Below are positions 26,966 through 34,636 of a stretch of DNA of 36,949 nucleotides, piece by piece. The stretch comes from a virus (Duplodnaviria; Caudoviricetes). The notes below the pieces were generated by a model. It did no database searches, had not been told where the DNA came from, and was given only the letters and a program-made list of their open reading frames with translations. The stretch covers positions 1 to 36,949 of the IMG/VR virus record IMGVR_UViG_3300024331_000091. The stretch is one strand, 5' to 3'. A program made the translations under genes and the position numbers. Each line of letters opens with the position of its first letter. Position 1 is the first letter of the stretch.

Positions 26966-28312
26966 TTATTCTCCTAATTTCTTGTTTGCTCTCGTGTATT
27001 CGACCTGCATACTCTCGAGCTCATTCGACTGCTTGTCAAATCCACTCTTGAAGCCGATAGCCACATAACGGAAGGCATCCGAACCATGAGAGGACCAGTC
27101 ATGCTTTGGGTGGTTTTTATAGGTGTGATTACCCTCGTCGTACTCTTTGTGATAGGACCGGAGCGCGTCGACGCCTCGCTCGCATTTCGTCTTGTCGAAG
27201 AAACAACGGGGGAGGAGATTGCGAGCCGCTTCAATGCCGTCTTCCAGAGACAATCTCGGAAGCACGACGATCGGTTTGATGCCCAGCTGTTCGGCGATCT
27301 CCTTGCGGGATTTGCCGGTGGCCAACTCGCGCACCTCGACGTCGTGAGGCATATAGAAAGTTCCGTAGCGATAACCTTTCGAAGCCAGCACACCCTTATA
27401 GTATGCCAGACCTTCGCCAGATGTCTCGTGATAGTCGATAAGTCTGACCTCATTGAAGTGAGACTGTACGAACCAGAGTGCAGTTGAGTCGCCGACCCCG
27501 AGATCGAAGAAGACATCGACATCGAGCATTGGGTCATACGGAACGTCCGTGATGCGCCCTTGCTGTTCGATGAAGCGGAGTTGCTTCGAATAGTACGAGC
27601 CTTGAACCGGCAACTCGAAGGAGCAGTGATACTCCTGAAAGAATAGTGAGTCGTCACCGCCATTGTTGCGGATGATTTCTTTCTTCTCCTGTTCGAGCAC
27701 GTCGACGGGTATTGCCTTCGTATCCTTCACGGTCAAGACTTCAACGAACCATGTCGGGTCGTTCTTCGCGGCCTCATACAAGACAAAGCCGTGGTTCTTG
27801 CCGCGCGGAGTGAAGTTGAATATCGCCCAACCACCATTCTCGGCGAGGATAGGCCGGATGTAGTTCCAGGCCCGAGGGTCTTGAAGCGAGTATTCTGAGA
27901 ACACGGTCCCGATCGGGTTCGTACCGACGATGGAGTCGATATTGTCCGTGCCGATGACTTGGAAGATGGAGCCATTGATCAACTCGATCTTCATCTCGGT
28001 GTCGTTCTTGCGCTTGATTATTTCCTTGGGAAAGTGGTCGAGCAATTTGAAACCGTCTTTGCCGATAGCTTCCCAAAGCGCCTTCTTGCCCTGTGAATAG
28101 GTTGGGAAGAAATAATAATACGCGCCGACCTTCTCGCACATCTTCGCGACGACGATATTGAGATCGGTCTTGTCCTTGCCACTGCGCCGATGCCAGACCT
28201 GAATGATACGGAGTATCCCCCGGCCAATGGCATCCCAAACGCCCGATTGGTACGGACGCTCGATATAGCGATATGGAATTTCTATGTCCAGAGTTTTGAG
28301 GGTGCTACCCAT
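26966..28312 (-). CDS. terL: Terminase large subunit
   Basis: WHRRSGKD, VFSEYS, FTPRGKNH, DLGVGDST and HDWSSHGSDAFRY motifs. Confidence 0.95.
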   Translation of the reverse strand: MGSTLKTLDIEIPYRYIERPYQSGVWDAIGRGILRIIQVWHRRSGKDKTDLNIVVAKMCEKVGAYYYFFPTYSQGKKALWEAIGKDGFKLLDHFPKEIIKRKNDTEMKIELINGSIFQVIGTDNIDSIVGTNPIGTVFSEYSLQDPRAWNYIRPILAENGGWAIFNFTPRGKNHGFVLYEAAKNDPTWFVEVLTVKDTKAIPVDVLEQEKKEIIRNNGGDDSLFFQEYHCSFELPVQGSYYSKQLRFIEQQGRITDVPYDPMLDVDVFFDLGVGDSTALWFVQSHFNEVRLIDYHETSGEGLAYYKGVLASKGYRYGTFYMPHDVEVRELATGKSRKEIAEQLGIKPIVVLPRLSLEDGIEAARNLLPRCFFDKTKCERGVDALRSYHKEYDEGNHTYKNHPKHDWSSHGSDAFRYVAIGFKSGFDKQSNELESMQVEYTRANKKLGE

Positions 28313-28359
28313 ATTTTACGTTATCGCTCAGATACGACAAAGACCCTACGTTATCAACA

Positions 28360-28833
28360 TTAGGCTTTCTTTCGTACGAACGTGAATTTTACTTCGCCAA
28401 CATTTTCGACCACCGCTTTTTCTTGCCAGCCTTTGAAGACTTGTTTCCACAGTTTTACGCGATGAGCATCAGCGTTGCGAATGGTCCGGCGAGTAAAGGC
28501 CATATCAACATCCTTCTCAAAGCGCAGGACGTTGTTTTCCAAATTATATTTTGCAGTGAGTTCTTGAAAATCTTTACGCACCTGCCAATCAGTAAGAGTG
28601 TCGAGACTGACTTTGAAAACGGTGGCGAAATCTTTTTTGAAACGTATTTTGAGGAGCTTCCGGAAGTGCTCATCCTTCACATCGTAGCCAGATTTGAGCA
28701 ACTCTTTTTCGCTCATCGCTTTGAGAACGGCCGGAATAGACATCCAAAAAGCGAATGTATTAAAAACGTCAGTTAGCTTGATATCAGTCTTTTCGGACTT
28801 CTTCGGAGTTATCTTTTTCTTTTTTTGTGGCAT
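28360..28833 (-). CDS. terS: Terminase small subunit (putative)
   Basis: HTH-like FATVFKVSLDTLTDW; immediately upstream of terL. Confidence 0.65.
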   Translation of the reverse strand: MPQKKKKITPKKSEKTDIKLTDVFNTFAFWMSIPAVLKAMSEKELLKSGYDVKDEHFRKLLKIRFKKDFATVFKVSLDTLTDWQVRKDFQELTAKYNLENNVLRFEKDVDMAFTRRTIRNADAHRVKLWKQVFKGWQEKAVVENVGEVKFTFVRKKA

Positions 28834-28842
28834 AATTTTTAA

Positions 28843-29040
28843 TCAATACTTCGGCCAAATATACGGATAGAATGGAACAAGTTGAATTCCATATCCTTGT
28901 GACGATGCATATCCTTCACCCCTTCCTTCAAACTTTACTCCTGGAGATGTATCGAGTACCTTAACGCCAAAATTTACTTTCCAAACGAAAGACTTAACAT
29001 CAATCTTATTCTCTTCTGGTTTTTTATTATCGTCTGTCAT
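28843..29040 (-). CDS. Hypothetical protein
   Basis: 65 aa; 4-nt overlap with the upstream gene. Confidence 0.6.
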   Translation of the reverse strand: MTDDNKKPEENKIDVKSFVWKVNFGVKVLDTSPGVKFEGRGEGYASSQGYGIQLVPFYPYIWPKY

Positions 29041-29438
29041 GCTTCATTGCGCACAAGCCTCTCCGCCTCTTCTGCGCTGATTATATTTCCATACATCTTT
29101 CCAGAGAGATCGTTGATGATGTGTTTGAGGAGTGCTCTTCGCGCCGGTCGGGATAGAATTTTCTTTGCGTGCTCGTACTGGTTCCGATAGGCTTCAACCT
29201 CTTGAGACAATCGGAAGTCGTCGTCTGCGAGATATCTCTTCCACCATTCCTCGATGCCGATCGCCTTCTGCTGGCGCTCGTGGGTCTCTTCGTGGACCAT
29301 TAGGCTCTCGTCGATATGGCCACCACCCGGATTATATAATTTGTCTCCGTAGGCAAAGATGATAGTCTTCCGATTTCGAATATCGAACCGTTGACAGATC
29401 TCTTCGTAGTTGGGCGGATAGGCGATAACGATTTTCAT
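29037..29438 (-). CDS. HExxH metallopeptidase-like protein
   Basis: VHEETHERQQ...QEVEAY. Confidence 0.65.
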   Translation of the reverse strand: MKIVIAYPPNYEEICQRFDIRNRKTIIFAYGDKLYNPGGGHIDESLMVHEETHERQQKAIGIEEWWKRYLADDDFRLSQEVEAYRNQYEHAKKILSRPARRALLKHIINDLSGKMYGNIISAEEAERLVRNEA

Positions 29439-29713
29439 GAACGTGGAATATCATCGAATGCGCTCATCGGGACCTTGGTCATGCCAAAGAGGATGAGCTT
29501 GTCTTGGTCGGGTACTGGAATGAGCGCATTCCCCTCTCGGAGCATGGCCGCAGCGACATCGTGCTTCGTGACCACCCGGCTCGTGACCTTCTCACATCGA
29601 TCGCAACGCATGGTCGTGATGAGATGGAAAACCAAATCGGACTCTTGGCAGTATTCCTTCCATTGATGTTGGGAGGTGTGCTTACAGAAAATTTGTAAAA
29701 GTCTTTTGAACAT
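29435..29713 (-). CDS. Cys/His-rich hypothetical protein
   Basis: FCKH...RCDRC; 4-nt overlap with the downstream gene. Confidence 0.65.
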   Translation of the reverse strand: MFKRLLQIFCKHTSQHQWKEYCQESDLVFHLITTMRCDRCEKVTSRVVTKHDVAAAMLREGNALIPVPDQDKLILFGMTKVPMSAFDDIPRS

Positions 29714-29788
29714 ATGATTGGTGGAGGGGATAGGCTGTGAGCCTCACGAGGTCCCCTCCGCTTCCCCGAGATGATGGATCACCTCCTC

Positions 29789-29965
29789 TCAATGTGCAGC
29801 AACCTTGATGCCGAGACTCTGGGCGATTTGCTTCTGCGCCCATTCGGTCAAATTGTTCCAGCAGATCCGGTGGAAGACGTCATTCCCGAAGAAGACTTTG
29901 TCTCGTTCGTACGGCGCCACCACCTTATTGCATGATGGACAAAACTGTTTCTTGGGCTCGTCCAT
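29789..29965 (-). CDS. Small Zn-finger protein
   Basis: CPSC...HRIC; AAGGAG SD before ATG 29965; TATAAT at 29986..29991. Confidence 0.65.
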   Translation of the reverse strand: MDEPKKQFCPSCNKVVAPYERDKVFFGNDVFHRICWNNLTEWAQKQIAQSLGIKVAAH

Positions 29966-30008
29966 GCCGGCTCCTTTCACCTTTAATTATAACCCCTAAT
30001 TATCAACA

Positions 30009-30296
30009 TCACACGCCGACCATTTGCCTCATGGCGCGGGCGACGGGCGGGTTGGAACGGTCTCGGAACGGATACTTTATCCAGTACCAAACCGCTTGGA
30101 GGAACGTCGGACGAACCACCTTGCCGTTGCGGTTCTTTTTCAAGACGCCGAGCATGGGCTTGACCATCATGTTCTGCATGATGAGGTTCCGGAAGTATTC
30201 AAGGCGGCGTGGCAAATTGGCTCGACGGGCTTCTAGGATTGCTTCTCGGTGCTTTCGTTTTTTGTATCTCTTTTCATTCAATTCTTGTGGAGTCAT
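30009..30296 (-). CDS. Basic hypothetical protein
   Basis: 95 aa, co-oriented. Confidence 0.65.
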   Translation of the reverse strand: MTPQELNEKRYKKRKHREAILEARRANLPRRLEYFRNLIMQNMMVKPMLGVLKKNRNGKVVRPTFLQAVWYWIKYPFRDRSNPPVARAMRQMVGV

Positions 30297-30308
30297 GAGA
30301 GTGGGGAT

Positions 30309-30602
30309 TTAGATTAAATTCGGTCCATGAGTTCCCGCGTCGAAGCGTGAAGTCCGGGGATTGGGATCCCAGACTTTGAGATTGATGCGTTCGCGGTTCT
30401 TCATGCCGACCGTGCGGATGACGGTGCGGATAGCATGTATCATCGAGCCTTGGCGGCCAACGATGAGACCCATATCCGTCGGGTCGACATAGAGGGTGAA
30501 GAGCACGCCCATTTCATCGGGAGCGCTGCGTTCGACGCGAACCTTGTCAGGAACCATAACGATCGCCTGGACCATCAACTTCAAAATTTCTTCGGGTTTC
30601 AT
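30309..30602 (-). CDS. khpA: KH-domain RNA-binding protein, KhpA/YlqC family
   Basis: DEMGVLFTLYVDPTDMGLIVGRQG...IHAIRTVIR with an intact GxxG loop. Confidence 0.88.
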   Translation of the reverse strand: MKPEEILKLMVQAIVMVPDKVRVERSAPDEMGVLFTLYVDPTDMGLIVGRQGSMIHAIRTVIRTVGMKNRERINLKVWDPNPRTSRFDAGTHGPNLI

Positions 30603-31030
30603 AATTCTTTGGTGACTTCTTTTAGGTGGAATATCGCTCGCTCAAGGTTCCGTTTGATGGTGTACTTGTCGAGAATAGTCTCACGACCTTGGTGGTCTTT
30701 CTGAAATTTTAGCATTTCCAAGAAGTCCTGAACATTGATGATAACTACGGACTGGTCCATCGGCTTGCCCGGTGGATGCCAGACGACGCCTTCCTTGCCG
30801 TAGCCCATCGCCTCGCGGGCGACCTGCGCCGCGGCATCGGACCATCTGAATACTTTGGTGTTCTTGCATTCGAACGTCCAACCTATATCGGTTGAGATGT
30901 CTCCTTTACGCTTGCCATTGCCCGAGCCAATCTGACGCACAGCCCGGACATCGATGCCACGGCTTGAGAGCTGGTCAGCAAGATAATTCTCGAGATCTTT
31001 TCCTTTTTTAATTGCGCTTTTTGGGTTCAT
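30599..31030 (-). CDS. Holliday-junction-resolvase-like PD-(D/E)XK nuclease
   Basis: KGKDLE...GDI...ECKN motifs. Confidence 0.72.
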   Translation of the reverse strand: MNPKSAIKKGKDLENYLADQLSSRGIDVRAVRQIGSGNGKRKGDISTDIGWTFECKNTKVFRWSDAAAQVAREAMGYGKEGVVWHPPGKPMDQSVVIINVQDFLEMLKFQKDHQGRETILDKYTIKRNLERAIFHLKEVTKEL

Positions 31031-31039
31031 ATAATTATA

Positions 31040-32026
31040 TCATTTGTAGAGCTCCTGCATAGTTCGGCAATACTGAAAAAGTTCGAATGCGTTGCCATGC
31101 TTGAGAAGACCAGTGTACGACTGGATGGTTGCCGGAACGGGAGCAACTTTTATCCGGCGTTCCATGCGCTTCCGAGTGATTGTTCGCAATACTCTATGGG
31201 TTGGAAAGTGTATCCACCCTAGAAAATCTACGCCGGCAGATACCGTTCCAATCGAGATCTTATCCGGATGTAAGGATAATTTCAGGCCATTCATCAGAAA
31301 ATTCTCAATCCTTGGAAGAATCCCCCGAAGGTGGCTTTTCGAAGTGTTGAGAAGCACGAAGTCATCGGCATAACGAATGTAGTACTTCTGTCTGAGATGA
31401 TGCTTCACGAACTGATCGAACTCATTCATGTAGACATTGGCGAGGATCTGAGACGTGAGATTTCCAAGTGGTAGTCCTTTGCCTGGGCCAGACTCAAAGC
31501 TCTGAATTATGTCTCGCAGGAGATCGAGCATTTGAGCATCTCCGATGTATCGACCGAGAATTGCCATAATAACTTCGTGATCGATACTGGCAAAGAATTT
31601 CCGGACATCGCATTTCAACGCCCAACACGTCTGAGTATAATTCTTGCTGGCTTTCCGACATAATTCCTTAAACTTTACTCCTCCGGCATGGGTCCCCTTG
31701 TTCTGTCTGCACGAGAATGAATTTGAGATAAACTTCCGGTCAAAATAGGGATAAAGAACTTGGTGAATAGCATGATGCACAAGCCGATCTCGAACTGATG
31801 CTTTGCTGATCTGTCTCGGCTTAGGATCATTGATTTTGAACTCATGATATCCGCCATGCCGATATGTACCATTTTCTAAATCTTCGTGTAATAGCATCAA
31901 GTTATCCATCAAATCTCGTTCGAATACTTGGACGTCAGACTTATTTCTCTTTCCTCTAGCGAATTCATTCCACGCATTCAAGAGGTTGTCCAATGATATG
32001 ATTGTGCTAAAATTGATGGTATCCAT
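31040..32026 (-). CDS. DGR reverse transcriptase (start at 32026, 32032 or 32056)
   Basis: RDRLVHHAI, KGTHAG, KCDVRKFFASIDH, DGR-type GLPLGNLTSQ, YADD and VDFLG motifs; no endonuclease domain. Confidence 0.96.
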   Translation of the reverse strand: MDTINFSTIISLDNLLNAWNEFARGKRNKSDVQVFERDLMDNLMLLHEDLENGTYRHGGYHEFKINDPKPRQISKASVRDRLVHHAIHQVLYPYFDRKFISNSFSCRQNKGTHAGGVKFKELCRKASKNYTQTCWALKCDVRKFFASIDHEVIMAILGRYIGDAQMLDLLRDIIQSFESGPGKGLPLGNLTSQILANVYMNEFDQFVKHHLRQKYYIRYADDFVLLNTSKSHLRGILPRIENFLMNGLKLSLHPDKISIGTVSAGVDFLGWIHFPTHRVLRTITRKRMERRIKVAPVPATIQSYTGLLKHGNAFELFQYCRTMQELYK

Positions 32027-32381
32027 GAGCATGATCCAAGACGACCTGCCTATCATTAAGACCGCTACTGATGCCTATCTAATCTGGCATGCTAATCTCA
32101 CACATCTTCCTCGTATGAGCCGTTTCACTTTAGGCTCAAAGATCGATCGTATCTTCTTAGAAATTATCGAGTATCTTCTCATTGCTGGATATGCCAGTCG
32201 CGAGAAGAAACAAATTGTTGTTGGGCAGGCAAGCGCCAAACTCGACACTCTGAAATTTTTTCTGAAAATTGCATGGCGAACGAAAGCGTTAAGTAATGCA
32301 AAATATACAGAATTGTCTTCACCAATCGCCGAGATTGGTAAGATGCTCGGCGGCTGGCGCAAACAGCTTTCCTCTGAATAG
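32025..32381 (+). CDS. avd: DGR accessory variability determinant (four-helix bundle)
   Basis: LPRMSRFTLGSKI and EIGKMLGGWRK motifs; ~118 aa, basic; lies between RT and TR. Confidence 0.92.
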   Translation: MSMIQDDLPIIKTATDAYLIWHANLTHLPRMSRFTLGSKIDRIFLEIIEYLLIAGYASREKKQIVVGQASAKLDTLKFFLKIAWRTKALSNAKYTELSSPIAEIGKMLGGWRKQLSSE

Positions 32382-32383
32382 AG

Positions 32384-32508
32384 TTGCGGACGGCAGCAAA
32401 ACGATAGTTCTCATTCCAGTCGTTCTCGAACCAGTTCACGTTCAGGTTCCGGTTCGTCGAGTTGCCATTGAGGTATGCGACGTTGCGGTTGTCGTGGATG
32501 GACTGCAC
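32384..32508 (-). ncRNA. DGR template repeat (TR)
   Basis: 125 nt, 35 adenines, 11 AAC/AAT codons in the VR frame; holds A at every position where VR1 or VR2 differs. Confidence 0.97.
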
Positions 32509-32750
32509 ATTCGTATCTCACGCCTTCCATGACACTGTCCATTGAATTTTCTTTGGACTGTATTTTATTTGGAGACGTTATCTCTCTGACGCGAGACACC
32601 AAGTATATTGAGAGGTGGGAAGTATCGTTGGCACACTGATCAAAACCAATGGTCCGGATCATTCTGGCGTATCGATATATCCAGGTTTCGGTCGCTCGCA
32701 ACCTTGGCCACGAACTGTGTCACCTACTACCCACTTAAATTTTTAATCAA

Positions 32751-33281
32751 CTATCCTTTCAGTTTAAGAGTCCCTTCGTACGTCTTACCGCCAACCGTCA
32801 GATCAAACGACTGACCGTCCAAGGAACCAACTTCCTTTTCCGAACCAAGCTTCCCAGTATCCAAGGACTTTAACTTGCGGACGGCAGCAAAACGATAGTC
32901 CCCAGGCCAGACGAGCTCGAACCAGAGCACGCGCAGGTCCCGGCTCGCCGAGTCGCCATTGAGGCATGCGACGCGGCGGAAGTCGCGGACGGACTGCACC
33001 GTGCCGAGGGCGACAACTGGAAATTCACGCTGAACTTCCGGATGTTGGATACCGAACAATAAAAGTTCGGTCGCAGTAGCCGGTCGAAGACCTTTAGCTT
33101 CCATCTCTTTGATCGCATCTTCCGAAGAGATATAGCGATCGAAGTGAATAAGCTCGATGGATTCGGCTTCTGTTTTCTCGAATGAGAAATAAGAAATATC
33201 ACTGTCTTTGTAGTCGTATCTCCCAGCTTCGACCAGAGCTTTCAAATCATCTTCTTTTCCTATTTTTATTTTATATTCCAT
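32751..33281 (-). CDS. DGR target protein 2 (176 aa), probable C-type-lectin-fold variable protein
   Basis: Start trimmed to ATG 33281 (MEYKIKIG) by alignment with target 1; LRPATATELL resembles the RLPTxxE motif of CLec-fold DGR targets; contains VR2. Confidence 0.93.
   Translation of the reverse strand: MEYKIKIGKEDDLKALVEAGRYDYKDSDISYFSFEKTEAESIELIHFDRYISSEDAIKEMEAKGLRPATATELLLFGIQHPEVQREFPVVALGTVQSVRDFRRVACLNGDSASRDLRVLWFELVWPGDYRFAAVRKLKSLDTGKLGSEKEVGSLDGQSFDLTVGGKTYEGTLKLKG
32875..32999 (-). repeat. DGR variable repeat VR2
   Basis: 125-nt match to TR; 22 mismatches, all at TR adenines (11 A>G, 6 A>C, 5 A>T). Confidence 0.97.
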
Positions 33282-33283
33282 GT

Positions 33284-33697
33284 CTATGTAGTTAATTTTA
33301 GTATTTCTAGCGTGCTTGCGCACTCATCTTTGGTCATCCAGCCGACGTGACGTTTTGGAGCGTGCATACGCATCCACTGATACATCTCGTCGCGCTGCCA
33401 CTTCTTGCTGGTCCGCCAGTCGCCTTGGGCGAATTTCTGGGCCAGAGCGTCGTGGAGTTTGATCCGGGCATGTCGGGTTTCGACGTCGCCAGGCAAGCCG
33501 AGCGGTGAACCATTGGGATGAGCCCCTACCCGCATGCGACACCATGGTGAGTTCGGGCAGACCCAGAACATCTTGCTGTTGCCAGCCCTATCGGTGTATC
33601 GCTCGGTCTTCCGGAGGAGCATCCTGACCTTGCAATCGGGACACATTGGCGCCTTGGGTGTTCGTTCCAGATAATTTTTTATGACCTTCTTTTTCAT
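33284..33697 (-). CDS. Zn-finger protein (DUF3268-like)
   Basis: CPDC...WVCPNSPWC..VGAHPNGSPLG...RHARIKLHDAL. Confidence 0.72.
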   Translation of the reverse strand: MKKKVIKNYLERTPKAPMCPDCKVRMLLRKTERYTDRAGNSKMFWVCPNSPWCRMRVGAHPNGSPLGLPGDVETRHARIKLHDALAQKFAQGDWRTSKKWQRDEMYQWMRMHAPKRHVGWMTKDECASTLEILKLTT

Positions 33698-33785
33698 TCT
33701 CGCACAGCGGACACTTGCCTTTCACCTTTGATCGGTACTGGATCCCGTGCTTCGGGCATAACTGTCGCATTTTATTACCCATATC

Positions 33786-34451
33786 TTAAAAGGGGAGATC
33801 TTCTTCTCGGACGCATTCACAATGCGTCTTCGGCTCTCCGCACTTTGGACAAATGTTTTCATTCTCTTCAATCTCGACTCGAGGATCGACCGGAAGGGCC
33901 TCGGGCTTCTCAAAATTCGGTGGGGGAACTGGCGCCGCGGCTCTCGGCATTTTCATCGCAGCCGCGACTTCTGATTTTCTGGGCGGAACATATCCAGCTT
34001 CGTGCATCATCTCTTGTATCGTTTTCGGATAGCAGATTAGGCAGCGGTTCTCGGTCCCCGGCTTACCCATACATTCCTGTCCGCCAAGTTGTTCCTCATG
34101 CTCTTTCTTTTTGGCGTAGCGTTCTCGATCGAGCAGTTTTGAAAGGGCCCGGTACATGTCTCGAGCGCTCTCGATATTCGCATTGGTGAGAGTGCATTGG
34201 ATTTTCTTGAAAAACTTCGTGCCGAATGGCCGGCGCTCAATGGTGAAATATGCGCCCTCGCGGATGTACTTCGGATAATATCCTCGCTCGAGACACCAAA
34301 AGCTCACTTCATCGCCGGCGGTCTCTGGGTCTTTTTTAACGATAGCTATGAGCTCTTGCTGAAATACCCGTAGTTTTTGGCGAACGAACTGGTCATCTAA
34401 GTCCCATGCTGGATTGGTTGAGACGCTTTCTTGTGTTTTTTTTATGCTCAT
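33786..34451 (-). CDS. Hypothetical protein with Cys motifs
   Basis: CLIC and CPKC...HCEC; ends in EEDLPF, an SSB-like acidic tail. Confidence 0.7.
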   Translation of the reverse strand: MSIKKTQESVSTNPAWDLDDQFVRQKLRVFQQELIAIVKKDPETAGDEVSFWCLERGYYPKYIREGAYFTIERRPFGTKFFKKIQCTLTNANIESARDMYRALSKLLDRERYAKKKEHEEQLGGQECMGKPGTENRCLICYPKTIQEMMHEAGYVPPRKSEVAAAMKMPRAAAPVPPPNFEKPEALPVDPRVEIEENENICPKCGEPKTHCECVREEDLPF

Positions 34452-34636
34452 CTGATTTGGGGATTTCCTTTTACAATTTTGAAAGATTTTACTCTTCCTC
34501 TTGGGATAGTACGGCCTTGGAAATATATGTGCCGACTATCCTTTTCTAAAAACTTATCGACGAATTTTGTTCCATCGAGCATTTCAACCATGACTCTTTT
34601 GCCTCGATATACTCTCGTGTGTGGTGTTCTCATCAA
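34448..34636 (-). CDS. Small basic beta-rich protein
   Basis: 62 aa; overlaps both neighbours by 4 nt. Confidence 0.7.
   Translation of the reverse strand: MMRTPHTRVYRGKRVMVEMLDGTKFVDKFLEKDSRHIYFQGRTIPRGRVKSFKIVKGNPQIR

Noticed and set aside
29775-29787. 16S rRNA gene fragment
   Set aside because: Only 13 nt match and the flanks are unrelated to rRNA.
31040-32056. RT as a group II intron, retron or Abi RT
   Set aside because: The LGNLTSQ motif, short length, adjacent Avd and TR/VR pairs identify a DGR RT.
32179-32508. 109-aa Asn-rich ORF
   Set aside because: It is TR read in the VR frame, continuing antisense into avd. AAC richness is the TR signature, not evidence of a protein.
32870-33202. 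Alternative-frame ORF similar to 101..349
   Set aside because: The similarity comes from the nucleotide repeat in the two real target genes.
33588-33782. Small CxxH/CxxC ORF
   Set aside because: Could be real, but it overlaps the next gene by 110 nt and has no other support.
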